DNA of 34,300 nt, from IMG/VR virus record IMGVR_UViG_3300011337_000588, positions 1 to 34,300 of that record, one strand, 5' to 3'. Numbering within the stretch: position 1 is the stretch's first letter; every line of letters begins with the position of its first letter. Origin of the DNA: a virus. Lineage: Duplodnaviria; Caudoviricetes. A program made the position numbers and the translations under genes. The notes under the pieces are model-generated. The model was not told where the DNA came from and did not search any database. It was given only the letters and a program-made list of their open reading frames with translations. Below, piece by piece: positions 16,082-27,145 of the stretch.

Positions 16082-19000
16082 TGCCTGTAACCTATCCAGA
16101 AATCAGAAAATTTGCTGGATTATTCCTTCAGCGCAATAGTTTCAACGTACCAGACGGTGCGCTTGAACAGGCTGAAAACGTAGTAATCAGCCAAGACGAA
16201 ACAATCCAAAAAAGGCGCGGTTTCTATCAGTATTTTGATAGCGTTTCAAGTGTTTTGAGCAACGTGACTTTGTACAGAAACAATTTAGTTGGTATATTTA
16301 GTACAAGCATAAAATATTTTACAGATACGGGAACGGCTCCTAACCAGACGGGGACGGCGACGGCTATTTCCGGCTCTATCAGTGTTACCTCACCCCGCAA
16401 AGCTCGCACGCTTCAGGCCAACAACAACCTTTATGTAACCACAGACAACGGTGTTGTTAAGGTCGAGAACCTAACGGGTGAGCCAATTAGAGAATCCGGA
16501 ATCCCTCCTGCAATTGACATTGAAGGGGTGTCTTACCCGGATACTAATGTGGGGCCGGTTTTGGCTGACACGCAAGTATCCTACCGGGTGTGTTTTGGCA
16601 GAAGAGACAGCAACGAGAATTTGCTGCTCGGTGCTCCTAGTCAGCGGTTTTACTATAGCAATCCAAAGCTAACTGGATCGACGGTTGTTGTTCATACTGG
16701 CGTGGCTACGGTTGTAACTCCTTCGCATCATAATTTGATTGTTGGCAGTATTTTGATAATTTCCGGATATACCGGCGGCCAACCGGATGTCAACGGAACT
16801 CATACCGTTGCTACAATAATTAGCGATACAAGTTTTACTTTTACAACTGCTGCGTCAAACTTTACTTCTGTTACCGTTACCGTTGCAGTAGACCGGCAAG
16901 TATTGCTGCAAATAGGAATCCCATACGGGATTGACCATACAAGTGGTTATTTTTGCCAAATTTACCGGACCAGTCCAAGCGCGTCCGCTACGGCACTTCC
17001 TCTAGGCGACTGGGCTTTGTTAGATGAAGTAAACTTAAACACCGCTAACACAAGCGGGTTTTTTACCTATGTAGATAACGTCGATGAGTTGTTCCGAGCC
17101 AGCTCGGTAGTTCTATACACCAATGAGAACAGTGCAGAGGGCGAGGCTCAGGCCAATTACAGAGCACCTCTTTGCGCCGACGTTACTTATTTTAGGAATT
17201 ACGCAATTTATGGCAACTGTGCAACGAGGCACTTGCTTAACTTGGCTGTGGTTGCCACGGATAGCGGTGCTAACGGCGACACAGTTAGTTTTAAGGTGGG
17301 AAGCAATACCTACAACTATACCGCTCGCGTAGGCTACGGAAACATCCTTTACGGGGCTTATCAGGGCGATATTGCTGTTGCGTCTTCTACAGAACTAACA
17401 ATAACCACTCCTACGGCTCACGGGTATCAGGTTAACGACGTAGTTATAGTTTCCAGCTACATTGGCGGCGGAACTTTTGCCGACGGTTCTCATACCGTAA
17501 CAGCCGTAACTACTTTTACTTTCACCTTGTCTGGTGGAGTTGGGTTAAGTGCAACACCTCCTGACGAGCCAAAATTCTTTGCCTTCTGGGCTAAACAAAA
17601 CTCGGCTGGAAACAAGTTATTTACTTTGTCTCAGATTCCCAACGTAATTGGCGCGGATTTGGCAAATACGGCAAGGGGCATAGTCAAAGCGGTTAACCGG
17701 GACACGACGACAGATATTTACGCCCTCTACACAAGTTTAGAGGATAAGGTGCCGGGTCAGTTTTGGGTTCAGGGTAACGGCTTTGTAGATACGATTTTTG
17801 CCAAAGCTAGTATAGAAGGCATGGCAAATTGCTTTGCCCCTACGCTTCCGACATCGTTTGTTGGATCTGGACAAGTTTTCAGTACCAACGATCAGCAGCC
17901 AAACGCTTTCTTTTCGTCCAAAGTTTTGGAACCAGAAGCAGTCCCCTTGCCTAATATGTTTCCTGTGGGTTCTCGCAACGCTGCTATTTTGAGGATTGTG
18001 GCCTTACGCGACTCTATGATTGTTATAAAGCAGGACGGTGTTTACCGCGTGACGGGAACCAGTCCTTCTAATTTTGAAACGACGATTTTAGATAACACTG
18101 TCTTTTGCGTAGCGGCTGATAGTGTCGTGGTGCTCAACAACTTCCTTTATATGCTCTCTAACCAAGGCGTTGTAAGGATTAGCGAGACAAATGTTGAGAT
18201 CCTTTCGCGGAAGATAGAAAACGTAATTGCACCTATTCTTGGGCAAACTAACCTGTCAATAAATACGTCTGCTGCCGGGTACGAGAGTGAGAGGCAGTAT
18301 TATTTATCTACAACCTCGCCAACAGATACAAACAGGTCGGTAACTTACGTCTACAATTATATTAACGATACTTGGACGACGAGTACGCAGTTATTCAAGG
18401 CGGGGACGATTGGCCCTAACAACCAATTTTATCAAGTAGATGACGCTAACGACATTAACAAAGAGCGCAAAAGCCAGAACAGAATAGATTATTGCGGTCA
18501 GAATTATGCCACCTCTGTCAGCTCAATAGATGCCGATGCTAAGGGTGCTGTAATTATAAGCAACAGTGTTGCTCCTGTTTATGGCGATTTGCTTGAACTC
18601 ACTGGCGCATTTAGCAGGATTATAAGTGTCGTTAGTCTTGGCGGAACTTCGTACCACGTTAGGTTTGCTAGGACGACGTTTCTTGCAAGCGCGGATACAC
18701 CGATCCTCTATCAAGGCTACGATGCAACGGTTAAATTGGCCCCAATTCACGGGGGTCTTCTTGGCCGGGCAAAACAATTCTCTCAGATGCAAATTCACCT
18801 TAGAGATTCTGCCATTACGCTGTTAGATTTATTTTTCACTAATGCTCAATACGGCGGGTCAGCAAGTATTTCGTGGGACGGCACGCTTTTAGGGGCTAAC
18901 GGTGGTTGGGGCGCAGAATCATGGGGATTCTTTGCTTGGGGTCAACCGGACGGCATTCTAAACAGCTATTCTACAAGCCCGGCAAACATAATTAGGATTT

Positions 19001-19131
19001 ACATTCCATTGGTTGCGCAAAGATCAACTTACATTCAGCCAGTATTTATTCATTCGCAAGCTGGCGAGCCAATGGATGTGCAGGCTATTTCGCTTGCTGT
19101 TAGGGCATATAACGAAAGGGTTTCTAAGTGA
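16081..19131 (+). CDS. Probable tail nozzle / tubular protein B-like with inserted beta-rich domains
   Basis: N-terminal GL...P.GAL..AENV...I.KRRG; beta-propeller-like C-terminal half; two T.x.HG/HN-type inserts. Confidence 0.6.
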   Translation: MPVTYPEIRKFAGLFLQRNSFNVPDGALEQAENVVISQDETIQKRRGFYQYFDSVSSVLSNVTLYRNNLVGIFSTSIKYFTDTGTAPNQTGTATAISGSISVTSPRKARTLQANNNLYVTTDNGVVKVENLTGEPIRESGIPPAIDIEGVSYPDTNVGPVLADTQVSYRVCFGRRDSNENLLLGAPSQRFYYSNPKLTGSTVVVHTGVATVVTPSHHNLIVGSILIISGYTGGQPDVNGTHTVATIISDTSFTFTTAASNFTSVTVTVAVDRQVLLQIGIPYGIDHTSGYFCQIYRTSPSASATALPLGDWALLDEVNLNTANTSGFFTYVDNVDELFRASSVVLYTNENSAEGEAQANYRAPLCADVTYFRNYAIYGNCATRHLLNLAVVATDSGANGDTVSFKVGSNTYNYTARVGYGNILYGAYQGDIAVASSTELTITTPTAHGYQVNDVVIVSSYIGGGTFADGSHTVTAVTTFTFTLSGGVGLSATPPDEPKFFAFWAKQNSAGNKLFTLSQIPNVIGADLANTARGIVKAVNRDTTTDIYALYTSLEDKVPGQFWVQGNGFVDTIFAKASIEGMANCFAPTLPTSFVGSGQVFSTNDQQPNAFFSSKVLEPEAVPLPNMFPVGSRNAAILRIVALRDSMIVIKQDGVYRVTGTSPSNFETTILDNTVFCVAADSVVVLNNFLYMLSNQGVVRISETNVEILSRKIENVIAPILGQTNLSINTSAAGYESERQYYLSTTSPTDTNRSVTYVYNYINDTWTTSTQLFKAGTIGPNNQFYQVDDANDINKERKSQNRIDYCGQNYATSVSSIDADAKGAVIISNSVAPVYGDLLELTGAFSRIISVVSLGGTSYHVRFARTTFLASADTPILYQGYDATVKLAPIHGGLLGRAKQFSQMQIHLRDSAITLLDLFFTNAQYGGSASISWDGTLLGANGGWGAESWGFFAWGQPDGILNSYSTSPANIIRIYIPLVAQRSTYIQPVFIHSQAGEPMDVQAISLAVRAYNERVSK

Positions 19132-21101
19132 ATAAAGAACATGATGTTTATTGGATGACCAAAGCCCCCAAGGATATTGCGGATAAGCTCATTAGTTATC
19201 ATCAAGTTGGGTCATACTGGTCGAACCATCCAATATCTCAGGCTTGGGTAAGAAATTCGCTTAGTTACTACTCGACCATTATGGATGCCAACGCTTGGGA
19301 TACGTCTCTGGTATATACCGGGGAACAGGGCGAGTTGGTAAAGATGAGCGTACCGCAAGCTCGGTCACTTATCAGGCAGGTCGTCACTCTTACCTCCAAG
19401 CAGAAATTAGCCTTTCAAGCATTGGCTCAGACGGATTCTTCGGAAGTATCTAACACAACAAAGTTAGCCGACGCCGTATGTGAGCAAATTGTAAAGCAGC
19501 AAAAACTCGACCTGAAGGGTGAGAAACTTTGCGAGCAATCACTGGTCTTGGGCATATCGTTTCTCAAAACAACTTGGCGGTCAGACCGAGGAAACCCATA
19601 CGCAGCTACTCCAGACGGCGAGGTGGTGTATGACGGTGATGTTGAGATTACGGTTTGCCATGTCGATGATTTGCTTTTTGATTTTACTATTTCTGAGTGG
19701 GACGATTTGGATTGGATCGAAGTCAGGACCATTAAGAATAAGTGGTCATTGGTTAGCCAGTTCCCAGAACTGAAAGACAAGATTGTTGATTTGCAGCCAA
19801 TTAAGAACGTAGTTCGTGCTGGAATGTCGGAATACATGAGCGTGAGCGAGGCGGATCTTTGTTATGTATATGAGGTTTATCACAAGCCTACTCCAGCACT
19901 TCCTTTGGGCCGCATGGTGGTTTACGGCGACAGTGATTGTGTGTTCTTTGACGGTCCTAATCCTTACGGTTGCATTCCAATTTCCAAGATGTGTCCTGAG
20001 CCAATCTTCAACTCAGGATTTGGTTTTCCGTTACTAAGTTACATCCTCCCGGCACAGGAGATGTTCGACCATGTGCTAAGTTGTCTTGCCACGAATATGG
20101 GCAACTTGGGGGTCAATAATGTCATTGCCCCTCGCGGTGCGAACATTGGAGTACAGGACTTTGCTGGAATGAATTTGCTTAGCTATACGCCGCAAAACGC
20201 GGCTAACGGCGGCAAGCCAGAAGTTTTGAAACTTTCAGAAAGCAATCCTCAGTTGTTCCAGTTTTCTACGGTTCTCCTAGAGAATATGCAGCAGATGGTA
20301 AACTTAAACAGTGCGGCTCGGGGTTCTCCTCCCGCTGGTGTCACGGCTGGAGTAGCAATTGCTACTCTTACCGCTAACGCCCTTGAGTTTTTGAACTCGG
20401 TGTCTAAGGCATACCAGATGTGCCTAGAAGACAGCATGATGCACGCAATCAACGCTTACAGGCGGTTTGCAAGTATCCCGAAGATGGTGTCCATTACCGG
20501 GAAACAGAATCAGACGATGAACAAAGAGTTTTTGGGCAAAGACTTGGACCCCGTCAAAGCTATCAAGATCAGTGTGATTAACCCGATCATGCAATCGACG
20601 GCTGGCCGGGTGGATATTGCCGAAAAGCTACTGGCTCAGGGTATGATTAAGAATGCAGAAGATTACATAGCAATTTTGGACGGTGCTCCATTGTCTCGCA
20701 TGACCAAGGGTGTTTTGAGCGAAGTAGATTTGGTCGAGCTAGAGAACGAAAAGATGGGAGAGGGTCAGGAAGTTCAGGCCCTTGCTACCGACAAGCATTC
20801 TTACCATATCAACGAGCACAAAACTTTGCTCAACGATCCAGAGGTGAGAGGCAACGCTCAATTGGTTCAGCTTGTTTTGAATCATGTCTTGCAACACTTA
20901 CAGCTTGAAAAAGAAACAGATCCAATGCTGAAAGCAATTATTGCGACGGGACAAGCTCCGATGATGCCTCCCGGTCCTCCAATGGGTGGACCTCCGATGG
21001 GGCCTCCTCCTCCTCCAGATGGCGGGGTAGGTCCGGTGATGGGCGAAGGAACAAACGAGGCTTCCGAACCAAGCAAAGACTTACTCGGTAGGGGTGAATA
21101 G
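19128..21101 (+). CDS. Portal (head-tail connector) protein
   Basis: 657 aa with portal-like motifs (GPNPYGCIP, PAQEMFD, AARG..PAGVTAGVAI) and a Pro/Gly/Met-rich tail. Confidence 0.75.
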   Translation: MNKEHDVYWMTKAPKDIADKLISYHQVGSYWSNHPISQAWVRNSLSYYSTIMDANAWDTSLVYTGEQGELVKMSVPQARSLIRQVVTLTSKQKLAFQALAQTDSSEVSNTTKLADAVCEQIVKQQKLDLKGEKLCEQSLVLGISFLKTTWRSDRGNPYAATPDGEVVYDGDVEITVCHVDDLLFDFTISEWDDLDWIEVRTIKNKWSLVSQFPELKDKIVDLQPIKNVVRAGMSEYMSVSEADLCYVYEVYHKPTPALPLGRMVVYGDSDCVFFDGPNPYGCIPISKMCPEPIFNSGFGFPLLSYILPAQEMFDHVLSCLATNMGNLGVNNVIAPRGANIGVQDFAGMNLLSYTPQNAANGGKPEVLKLSESNPQLFQFSTVLLENMQQMVNLNSAARGSPPAGVTAGVAIATLTANALEFLNSVSKAYQMCLEDSMMHAINAYRRFASIPKMVSITGKQNQTMNKEFLGKDLDPVKAIKISVINPIMQSTAGRVDIAEKLLAQGMIKNAEDYIAILDGAPLSRMTKGVLSEVDLVELENEKMGEGQEVQALATDKHSYHINEHKTLLNDPEVRGNAQLVQLVLNHVLQHLQLEKETDPMLKAIIATGQAPMMPPGPPMGGPPMGPPPPPDGGVGPVMGEGTNEASEPSKDLLGRGE

Positions 21102-21103
21102 AA

Positions 21104-22876
21104 ATGGCTTACGTTTACAACCAAAACAAAGAAGATGAAGTTCCGCAGTCAGGTTCAAATATATTTAACGCTCAGCCTCAACCGGGTGCTCAGCCAGATT
21201 CTAGTGCCGTTAGTAAAACTGGCGATACTGGCATTATGGCTGCTGGTGGCGGAGCTGGCAAGGGACCGGAAAAAAGCGCGGAACAAGTACAACAAAGGTC
21301 TGCCCAACAAAGGCAGGCGGCATTTCCTTTGCGGGAAATATTCAAACGTAATACGGCGGCGCAAGTTGGTGCTCCCGACTTCAGCAAGACTAGCAACGCC
21401 ATTGCTCAAGCGGGAACTGCCCTTCAAAACGCCGCTAATGCTTATACGGCTTCAAATGTTAGTGCAGTGCCTACAATTGACCAAGAAACAATTAATACGT
21501 ATGCCGGGATAGCTCCTCCTCCTGCTAGACAAGTTAAGCCTCCCACAGAATTTGGAGGCGTACCTCGTGAGGATAAAATAACGCCCGCGGTAGGTACTCC
21601 CGGAAGGAAAGATCAGCCGCCTCCTCCGCCGCCAGCTCCGGTTTCAGACCCAATTGCTGAACAAGAAGCCGGAAACAAAATCATCGCCGCAATTACCCCA
21701 AGGTCAGCGGCCCTTACCAAATTTGAATTGCCAACAGAAGCTGCTCTACCAACAGAAAATGATCTTGCCGGAAGATTTAATACGTCTTCTGGATTAACTA
21801 ACGAGATCCTTAAAGCTAACCCTGTTATCGGTCAATCAAGGGGTGCCGCTGGACTTGATACGGCTTTCCTTCAAGGCAATACGGCCTTTCAAAAATCTAA
21901 AGATGCTATTTTAGCTTCTGGTAAAGAAGCTATAGGAAAACAAAACACGCTTCTTGCCACTTTACCGGAAACAACTCGCGTAGCTGCTCAGGCTGCTATA
22001 GATACCGCTAACGCTAACGCTCGCGCTTTGCTTGCTTCTACAGCCGGTGGCTATGAAACAACCGCTCAAGCTAAACAGGCCGCATTTGAAGCGGCTAGAG
22101 TTGAATTACAAAACAGAATAAATAGCGGAAATTTGTCTCCTGAAATGAAAGCGCAAATTCTTGCGGCTTTTGACGCTCAAACGTCTGGATTTACTCCTAA
22201 TCAACGAACTATGTCTTCTGATTTTAGAAATTTCTTATCAGATCCAAACAGAATGGGTCTTGCGTCGTCATTATTATCAGAAATTGGAGAATACGGCGGA
22301 GACGTTGGTAATTACAATGTCAACAATTTTAACAACGCTAATTTGGCAAAAGGATTTTCGGTTGCAGATACGTCAACAAATTTAAGCGATTTTATGTCCG
22401 ACGATCAGTACAATCCTTATTCTAAAATAAGCGGTTTGCTTGGCAAAGTTACAACTAGAGGCACGTCGGCTAACGCGCAGCCGTTGGCTTACGATCCAAC
22501 TAATGCAACTAATTTAGCAATTCAATATCAACAAATGCAAAGCGATCTTGCTTCTGGCAAAAAACAATACGAAGACACAAAAACAATTATTCAAAATAAA
22601 GTTAATGAATTGAATGATTTGAAAAGTAATCTTTTAGCGTCACAACAACAAGTTCCCGGTACAAAAAACTTTAGAAAAAGTCCGGAAATAATAAAAAAAG
22701 AATTAGAAATTCAACAATTATTTGATTCATTAACTACAAAATTAAGTGCTGCTAAAAAAGAACAGCTTAGATCGCAAGTATTTCCTTCGTTTGCACAAGA
22801 ACCGACAATAAATTTTCAAGATACAAGCAATGATATTCGCGTGCCAACGTCAAGTCTCTCTAGGGGGTTTAGATAA
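21104..22876 (+). CDS. Putative internal virion / ejection protein
   Basis: Low-complexity A/Q/N/P-rich protein after the portal gene. Confidence 0.5.
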   Translation: MAYVYNQNKEDEVPQSGSNIFNAQPQPGAQPDSSAVSKTGDTGIMAAGGGAGKGPEKSAEQVQQRSAQQRQAAFPLREIFKRNTAAQVGAPDFSKTSNAIAQAGTALQNAANAYTASNVSAVPTIDQETINTYAGIAPPPARQVKPPTEFGGVPREDKITPAVGTPGRKDQPPPPPPAPVSDPIAEQEAGNKIIAAITPRSAALTKFELPTEAALPTENDLAGRFNTSSGLTNEILKANPVIGQSRGAAGLDTAFLQGNTAFQKSKDAILASGKEAIGKQNTLLATLPETTRVAAQAAIDTANANARALLASTAGGYETTAQAKQAAFEAARVELQNRINSGNLSPEMKAQILAAFDAQTSGFTPNQRTMSSDFRNFLSDPNRMGLASSLLSEIGEYGGDVGNYNVNNFNNANLAKGFSVADTSTNLSDFMSDDQYNPYSKISGLLGKVTTRGTSANAQPLAYDPTNATNLAIQYQQMQSDLASGKKQYEDTKTIIQNKVNELNDLKSNLLASQQQVPGTKNFRKSPEIIKKELEIQQLFDSLTTKLSAAKKEQLRSQVFPSFAQEPTINFQDTSNDIRVPTSSLSRGFR

Positions 22877-24057
22877 TGGAACCAGTTGTTACAGCAATGT
22901 TAGCGGCTCAAGCCGTATCTGCCCTTGGTCAAATGTATACTTCAGAACAAGCAGCAGGTGCTTCTCGGGCGCGCCTTAATGAAATGAAACGTCAATTTGA
23001 AGCATTGGTTGTTCCTAATTCCGGCGTAACAATTGACAACGCTGGAACGATGGACCCTAAGTATATTGCTTCTCGCGTGGCTCCTACTCAGTACAATATG
23101 TCTAACCTGTCGCCAATGGTGTTTCAGGCGGTAGGTCAGTACAAGCCCGAAGCCTACCAGATGTTCTTGACGCTTCCCAACGCGCCATACATCACCACTG
23201 AGGCAGGCGAGACGGGTAAGGATGCACAGCTATCAGCCCTTACCAGACTGCAACAGATCGCTTCCGGGGAAACCCCAGACGCTAATTTGCAGGAACAACT
23301 CTTTAAGGTCAGGAACGCAGCCGATCAAGCTGGTCAGCAGAGGCAGGCGAGCATTCTGAGGGACTTCGAGCGGCGTCAAATGCTTGGCTCTGGCAGTCAG
23401 CAATTGGCTCAACTTCAGGCAGCGGGTGACGTTACCAACAGGCAGGCTCAGGGAGACATTGCGGCGGCGGCGGAAGGATACCGTAACCGCCTTGGTGCTC
23501 TTAGCGAATCCGCTCAACTTGGCGGGACGATTAAACAGCAGGAACGTCAATTCGCTGCTGGTAACGCTGATTTGATTAACGAGTACAACAGAAGGATGTC
23601 TACTAATTATCAAGACACGTTAAATAGAAATACGGCGCAGTCTAATCAGGCTCAGGTTATGAACCTGAACGCAGCTCAGGGGATTGCTAACCGCAATGTT
23701 GAGTCGCAGTACAGTACCGCTGACCGGAATCAAAGATACGGTAATGAGATGTTGGACGCGCAAAGGGGTCAGGAAATCGGCGAGCAGCAAAGATACCTTG
23801 GCAATAACCAGACGGGATACCAGAATCAGTTGTCTCGCCTTCAGGGTATGTACGGCATTTCTAACGCTCAAAATCAGCAAGACATGGGATATGCAGCGCA
23901 GCGGAATAGTCAGTATCAAGGGCTTGGTGACGCGGCAACAAAGTATGCATACTACGATGCTTTGAAAAACAGGGCTGCTACTCCAACTGTTAAACCAGCA
24001 CTTCCAGATATTGATGCTAGTTACCCAGATGATCCTTATTTCAAAACTATAGTTTGA
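22876..24057 (+). CDS. Putative DNA ejection (pilot) protein
   Basis: Q/A/N/G-rich helical protein with a hydrophobic N-terminus. Confidence 0.5.
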   Translation: MEPVVTAMLAAQAVSALGQMYTSEQAAGASRARLNEMKRQFEALVVPNSGVTIDNAGTMDPKYIASRVAPTQYNMSNLSPMVFQAVGQYKPEAYQMFLTLPNAPYITTEAGETGKDAQLSALTRLQQIASGETPDANLQEQLFKVRNAADQAGQQRQASILRDFERRQMLGSGSQQLAQLQAAGDVTNRQAQGDIAAAAEGYRNRLGALSESAQLGGTIKQQERQFAAGNADLINEYNRRMSTNYQDTLNRNTAQSNQAQVMNLNAAQGIANRNVESQYSTADRNQRYGNEMLDAQRGQEIGEQQRYLGNNQTGYQNQLSRLQGMYGISNAQNQQDMGYAAQRNSQYQGLGDAATKYAYYDALKNRAATPTVKPALPDIDASYPDDPYFKTIV

Positions 24058-24071
24058 AAAGAGAAATTCAA

Positions 24072-25622
24072 ATGGAATCTTTTTCTGAATATTTATCCGC
24101 GTTGAAACGATTTGCTGGCATTGGCGAAGATGGTGTTGCGCCCGTAGAGGGCATAGATCCAAATGCCCCCGCTTTGCCTCCAAAAATTTCTTACGACAAC
24201 GACGGAACGCAAAAACTCAAAATGCCTCCGATTCAAATTGATGGAAATCCTCCAGATTCTCGTTACATCCCGGCAAAAGATGCGCTTGGCAAAAATCCGG
24301 GAGATAACGCGCAACCATCGTATAATTTGGATGCTACGTTTAACAATTCTCCAGAAAGCGTAAAAACTCCATTTTCTGATTTATCGGAACCCAGAAACTA
24401 CAATCAAAAAAAAGTAATTGATCCAAGCAAAATTTCTCCAGACATCCCAGTGTCTCCTGCTGCTGCGGGAACTCAACCAGCTTCCGCTCCACTTCCAAGG
24501 CCGCAGCCAAAATATGCTCCTCCCGCAGACCCATATTTAGCAAAATTAGAAGAAGGCGCTGAAAGTCGGACGTTAAACCCTGAATCAGACAGTCAAATTG
24601 ATGAGCAACAACTTCTTAACGATTATTTAGTGGCTCTCAAAAACTCCAAAGATAACGAAGCTAAACTTGCAACAATGAATGAAACGGCTCTCGACAACTC
24701 ACGCCTTGCCATGCTCGGTGAAGGTCTTAGTGAGTCGGCCAGCAAAATGGGGAATCTCATGGGCAAACCCACGGGTTCTACAATGGCTGGCTTTGGCAAA
24801 GAGGCCGGGGCAATAGAGCAAAACAACGTAGATCAGTTGCGTAAAATATATGGTGGAGAAGGTCCACAGCTTCAATTAGCAAGAACAGCGCAAATTGCGC
24901 AGATGTTAGAGGGTATCAGATCAAGTAGAGCAAAATCAGCGCAGGACGCGGGGCGACTTGCAATTCCAAAGCCGGATGCAAACGACAAAGAAAAAGCTCT
25001 TAATGTAGCACAAACAAGAAATAGGGATTTTGCGGGACGCATGGCGGCAGCCGAAAAGGTAATGGAAGACTTAGAAGCTAAAGGTTACAAACCTAATACT
25101 TATCGTGCAATGGCTTCAAAATCGGTAAAATTACCTATTTTAGGAAAAGTTACTTCAAGTGCAGATGCTATTGCCTATGACCAAGCTCGTGACGAATGGA
25201 TTAATGCTTTAGCTAGAAAAGATTCAGGAGCAGCAATAAAAGATAGCGAATATGACAAATACGACAGCATTTATATGCCTCAAGGTTCTGACCCCGATTC
25301 AATGATTGCTCAAAGAAGAAATTCACGCAAAAAAATACAACAAAACACTGCAAATTCTACCGACGCAAATTTTGGATCACCAGCTCCTTTGATAACGGGA
25401 AGCGGCTCTGCAAAACCAACGCAATCCGCCCCAAGGTCACAGGCTGGGCAGGGCGGTGCTACCGTTGGCGGGATTCCGCAAAGACATCAAGGGAAAATAA
25501 TCTTCAAAGATACCGTTACTGGAGATGTGTATTCCGCCGATACAGAAGAAGAATTTAATGGAATGAACAATCAGGGAAACGCTAAACAAGGCGGCCAATC
25601 ACGATATGTGAGGATAAAATAA
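24072..25622 (+). CDS. Putative ejection protein
   Basis: YDQARDEWINALARKDSGAAI..SEY motif resembles podovirus injection proteins. Confidence 0.5.
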   Translation: MESFSEYLSALKRFAGIGEDGVAPVEGIDPNAPALPPKISYDNDGTQKLKMPPIQIDGNPPDSRYIPAKDALGKNPGDNAQPSYNLDATFNNSPESVKTPFSDLSEPRNYNQKKVIDPSKISPDIPVSPAAAGTQPASAPLPRPQPKYAPPADPYLAKLEEGAESRTLNPESDSQIDEQQLLNDYLVALKNSKDNEAKLATMNETALDNSRLAMLGEGLSESASKMGNLMGKPTGSTMAGFGKEAGAIEQNNVDQLRKIYGGEGPQLQLARTAQIAQMLEGIRSSRAKSAQDAGRLAIPKPDANDKEKALNVAQTRNRDFAGRMAAAEKVMEDLEAKGYKPNTYRAMASKSVKLPILGKVTSSADAIAYDQARDEWINALARKDSGAAIKDSEYDKYDSIYMPQGSDPDSMIAQRRNSRKKIQQNTANSTDANFGSPAPLITGSGSAKPTQSAPRSQAGQGGATVGGIPQRHQGKIIFKDTVTGDVYSADTEEEFNGMNNQGNAKQGGQSRYVRIK

Positions 25623-25624
25623 TT

Positions 25625-27145
25625 ATGCCAATCAATAAATTTACAAGCTCAGAACTTGAAGAATTGGATAATTATTCCGGCGAAGAAAACGCTCCTGTAT
25701 CCGGACCTTCTTCTATTCCGGAACAAGCTCCCAAATATGATTTTCAAAAAGGCCCGGTTCGTCCAAGGATTAGTCCACTAGAGTCTGGAACTCGTGGTGC
25801 AATTGATGCTGCTACCATGAATTATGGCGACGAACTTTATGGTTCTGCTTTTTCTTTACCGGGCGGCAAAGATCCCGAAGAAGAAGCGGCGTATCAACGC
25901 TACATGAACCAAGAGGCTTATAGTCAGAATCCCGGCAATTACTTAACGGGTTCTGTTGCTGGCTCTATGGGAATCAACGCTATACCTATTATGGGTCCAG
26001 CCGTTACGGCAGGTCGTCTCATGCGGGGCATCGTTGCAGGGGGTAAGGGTGCCGTTGAAGGATTTGGTAGCGGTGATGATCTCCAAAGCAGAGTTAGCAA
26101 TGCCATTACCGGCGCAACTGTTGGTGGCCTAGCTGGTGCTGTTGGCGAGCCAATTGTTCGCGGTTCGATAGAAGCTCTTACTCCTACCCCTACCGGGATG
26201 TTTGACCGCGCAAAATATAGAGCCGTTAAAGCCGTAACCGGCGGAAGTCGCGATGCACGCGCTAAAGACATGATGGCAGACTACCCATTTTATGGTGAGC
26301 AACTACTAAAGCCTACCGACGAATTAGGCGGTAAAGCGGTTATTCAATTTGGAAATAAGCCAGAAACAACAGCTCAACTTGCGGAACAAGCAAGGGTTGG
26401 TGTTGGAGCCAAAATGGGAGAAGCTGTTCAAGCAATAGATAAAAATATTCCGTTTATGCTTGAAGAAACAAAAACGTCTTTAACACAAAAATTACAAGCT
26501 CTGCCTAGAAAATTGGGATTGCCACAAGCTCAAGGCGACATTGGCAAATCTGATAGAGAATCCATAGCTGCTTTAAGTGCTCAAATTGAAAATGCAACTT
26601 CGATAGAAGATTTAACTAGAATCCGAAATAGAATTAAATTTGATCCATCAAAAGAACAGCCTTCTCTTGCCGCTACTAAACAGGCAATGCGCGATACCAT
26701 AAACGACGGCATCAAAGAGGCTACCGAAAAATCTAAAGATTTGATGGGTAAAGGATTTGAGCCTCAAAAAGATTTGCTCACCGACTATTTAGAGAACGCT
26801 AAAAAATATAGAGCCTTTAAGCCAGCTTCTAAACTTTTAAGCCAGCAAGTTACCAACGAAAAATTAGGCAACAACGTAACTACTGCTGGAATAGGCACAA
26901 TTAAAAGCGCAACTTTGGCGGTGTTGAATAAGCTCGGACTTGAGAGGGGCAATTCAGCCATGGCCGTTTCTTACAACAATTTGGCCAAGGCTCTGGATGC
27001 CTTTCCGGAACCCATGAAGAAGTTTTACCCGATGCTACTTGAGGCTAGTAAAAGGGGCGGAACATCCCTTGCGGTTACTCACGCAGCATTGTTAAATAAA
27101 AACCCTGAATACAAACAAATGATTGAAGAAGGTGAAAACGAATGA
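25625..27145 (+). CDS. Putative ejection protein
   Basis: AATMNYGDEL motif and Gly/Ala-rich membrane-like segment. Confidence 0.5.
   Translation: MPINKFTSSELEELDNYSGEENAPVSGPSSIPEQAPKYDFQKGPVRPRISPLESGTRGAIDAATMNYGDELYGSAFSLPGGKDPEEEAAYQRYMNQEAYSQNPGNYLTGSVAGSMGINAIPIMGPAVTAGRLMRGIVAGGKGAVEGFGSGDDLQSRVSNAITGATVGGLAGAVGEPIVRGSIEALTPTPTGMFDRAKYRAVKAVTGGSRDARAKDMMADYPFYGEQLLKPTDELGGKAVIQFGNKPETTAQLAEQARVGVGAKMGEAVQAIDKNIPFMLEETKTSLTQKLQALPRKLGLPQAQGDIGKSDRESIAALSAQIENATSIEDLTRIRNRIKFDPSKEQPSLAATKQAMRDTINDGIKEATEKSKDLMGKGFEPQKDLLTDYLENAKKYRAFKPASKLLSQQVTNEKLGNNVTTAGIGTIKSATLAVLNKLGLERGNSAMAVSYNNLAKALDAFPEPMKKFYPMLLEASKRGGTSLAVTHAALLNKNPEYKQMIEEGENE

Noticed and set aside
20960-21040. CCTCC-rich repeats at the portal 3' end as further anti-SD elements
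   Set aside because: They encode the Pro/Gly/Met-rich tail common in portal proteins.
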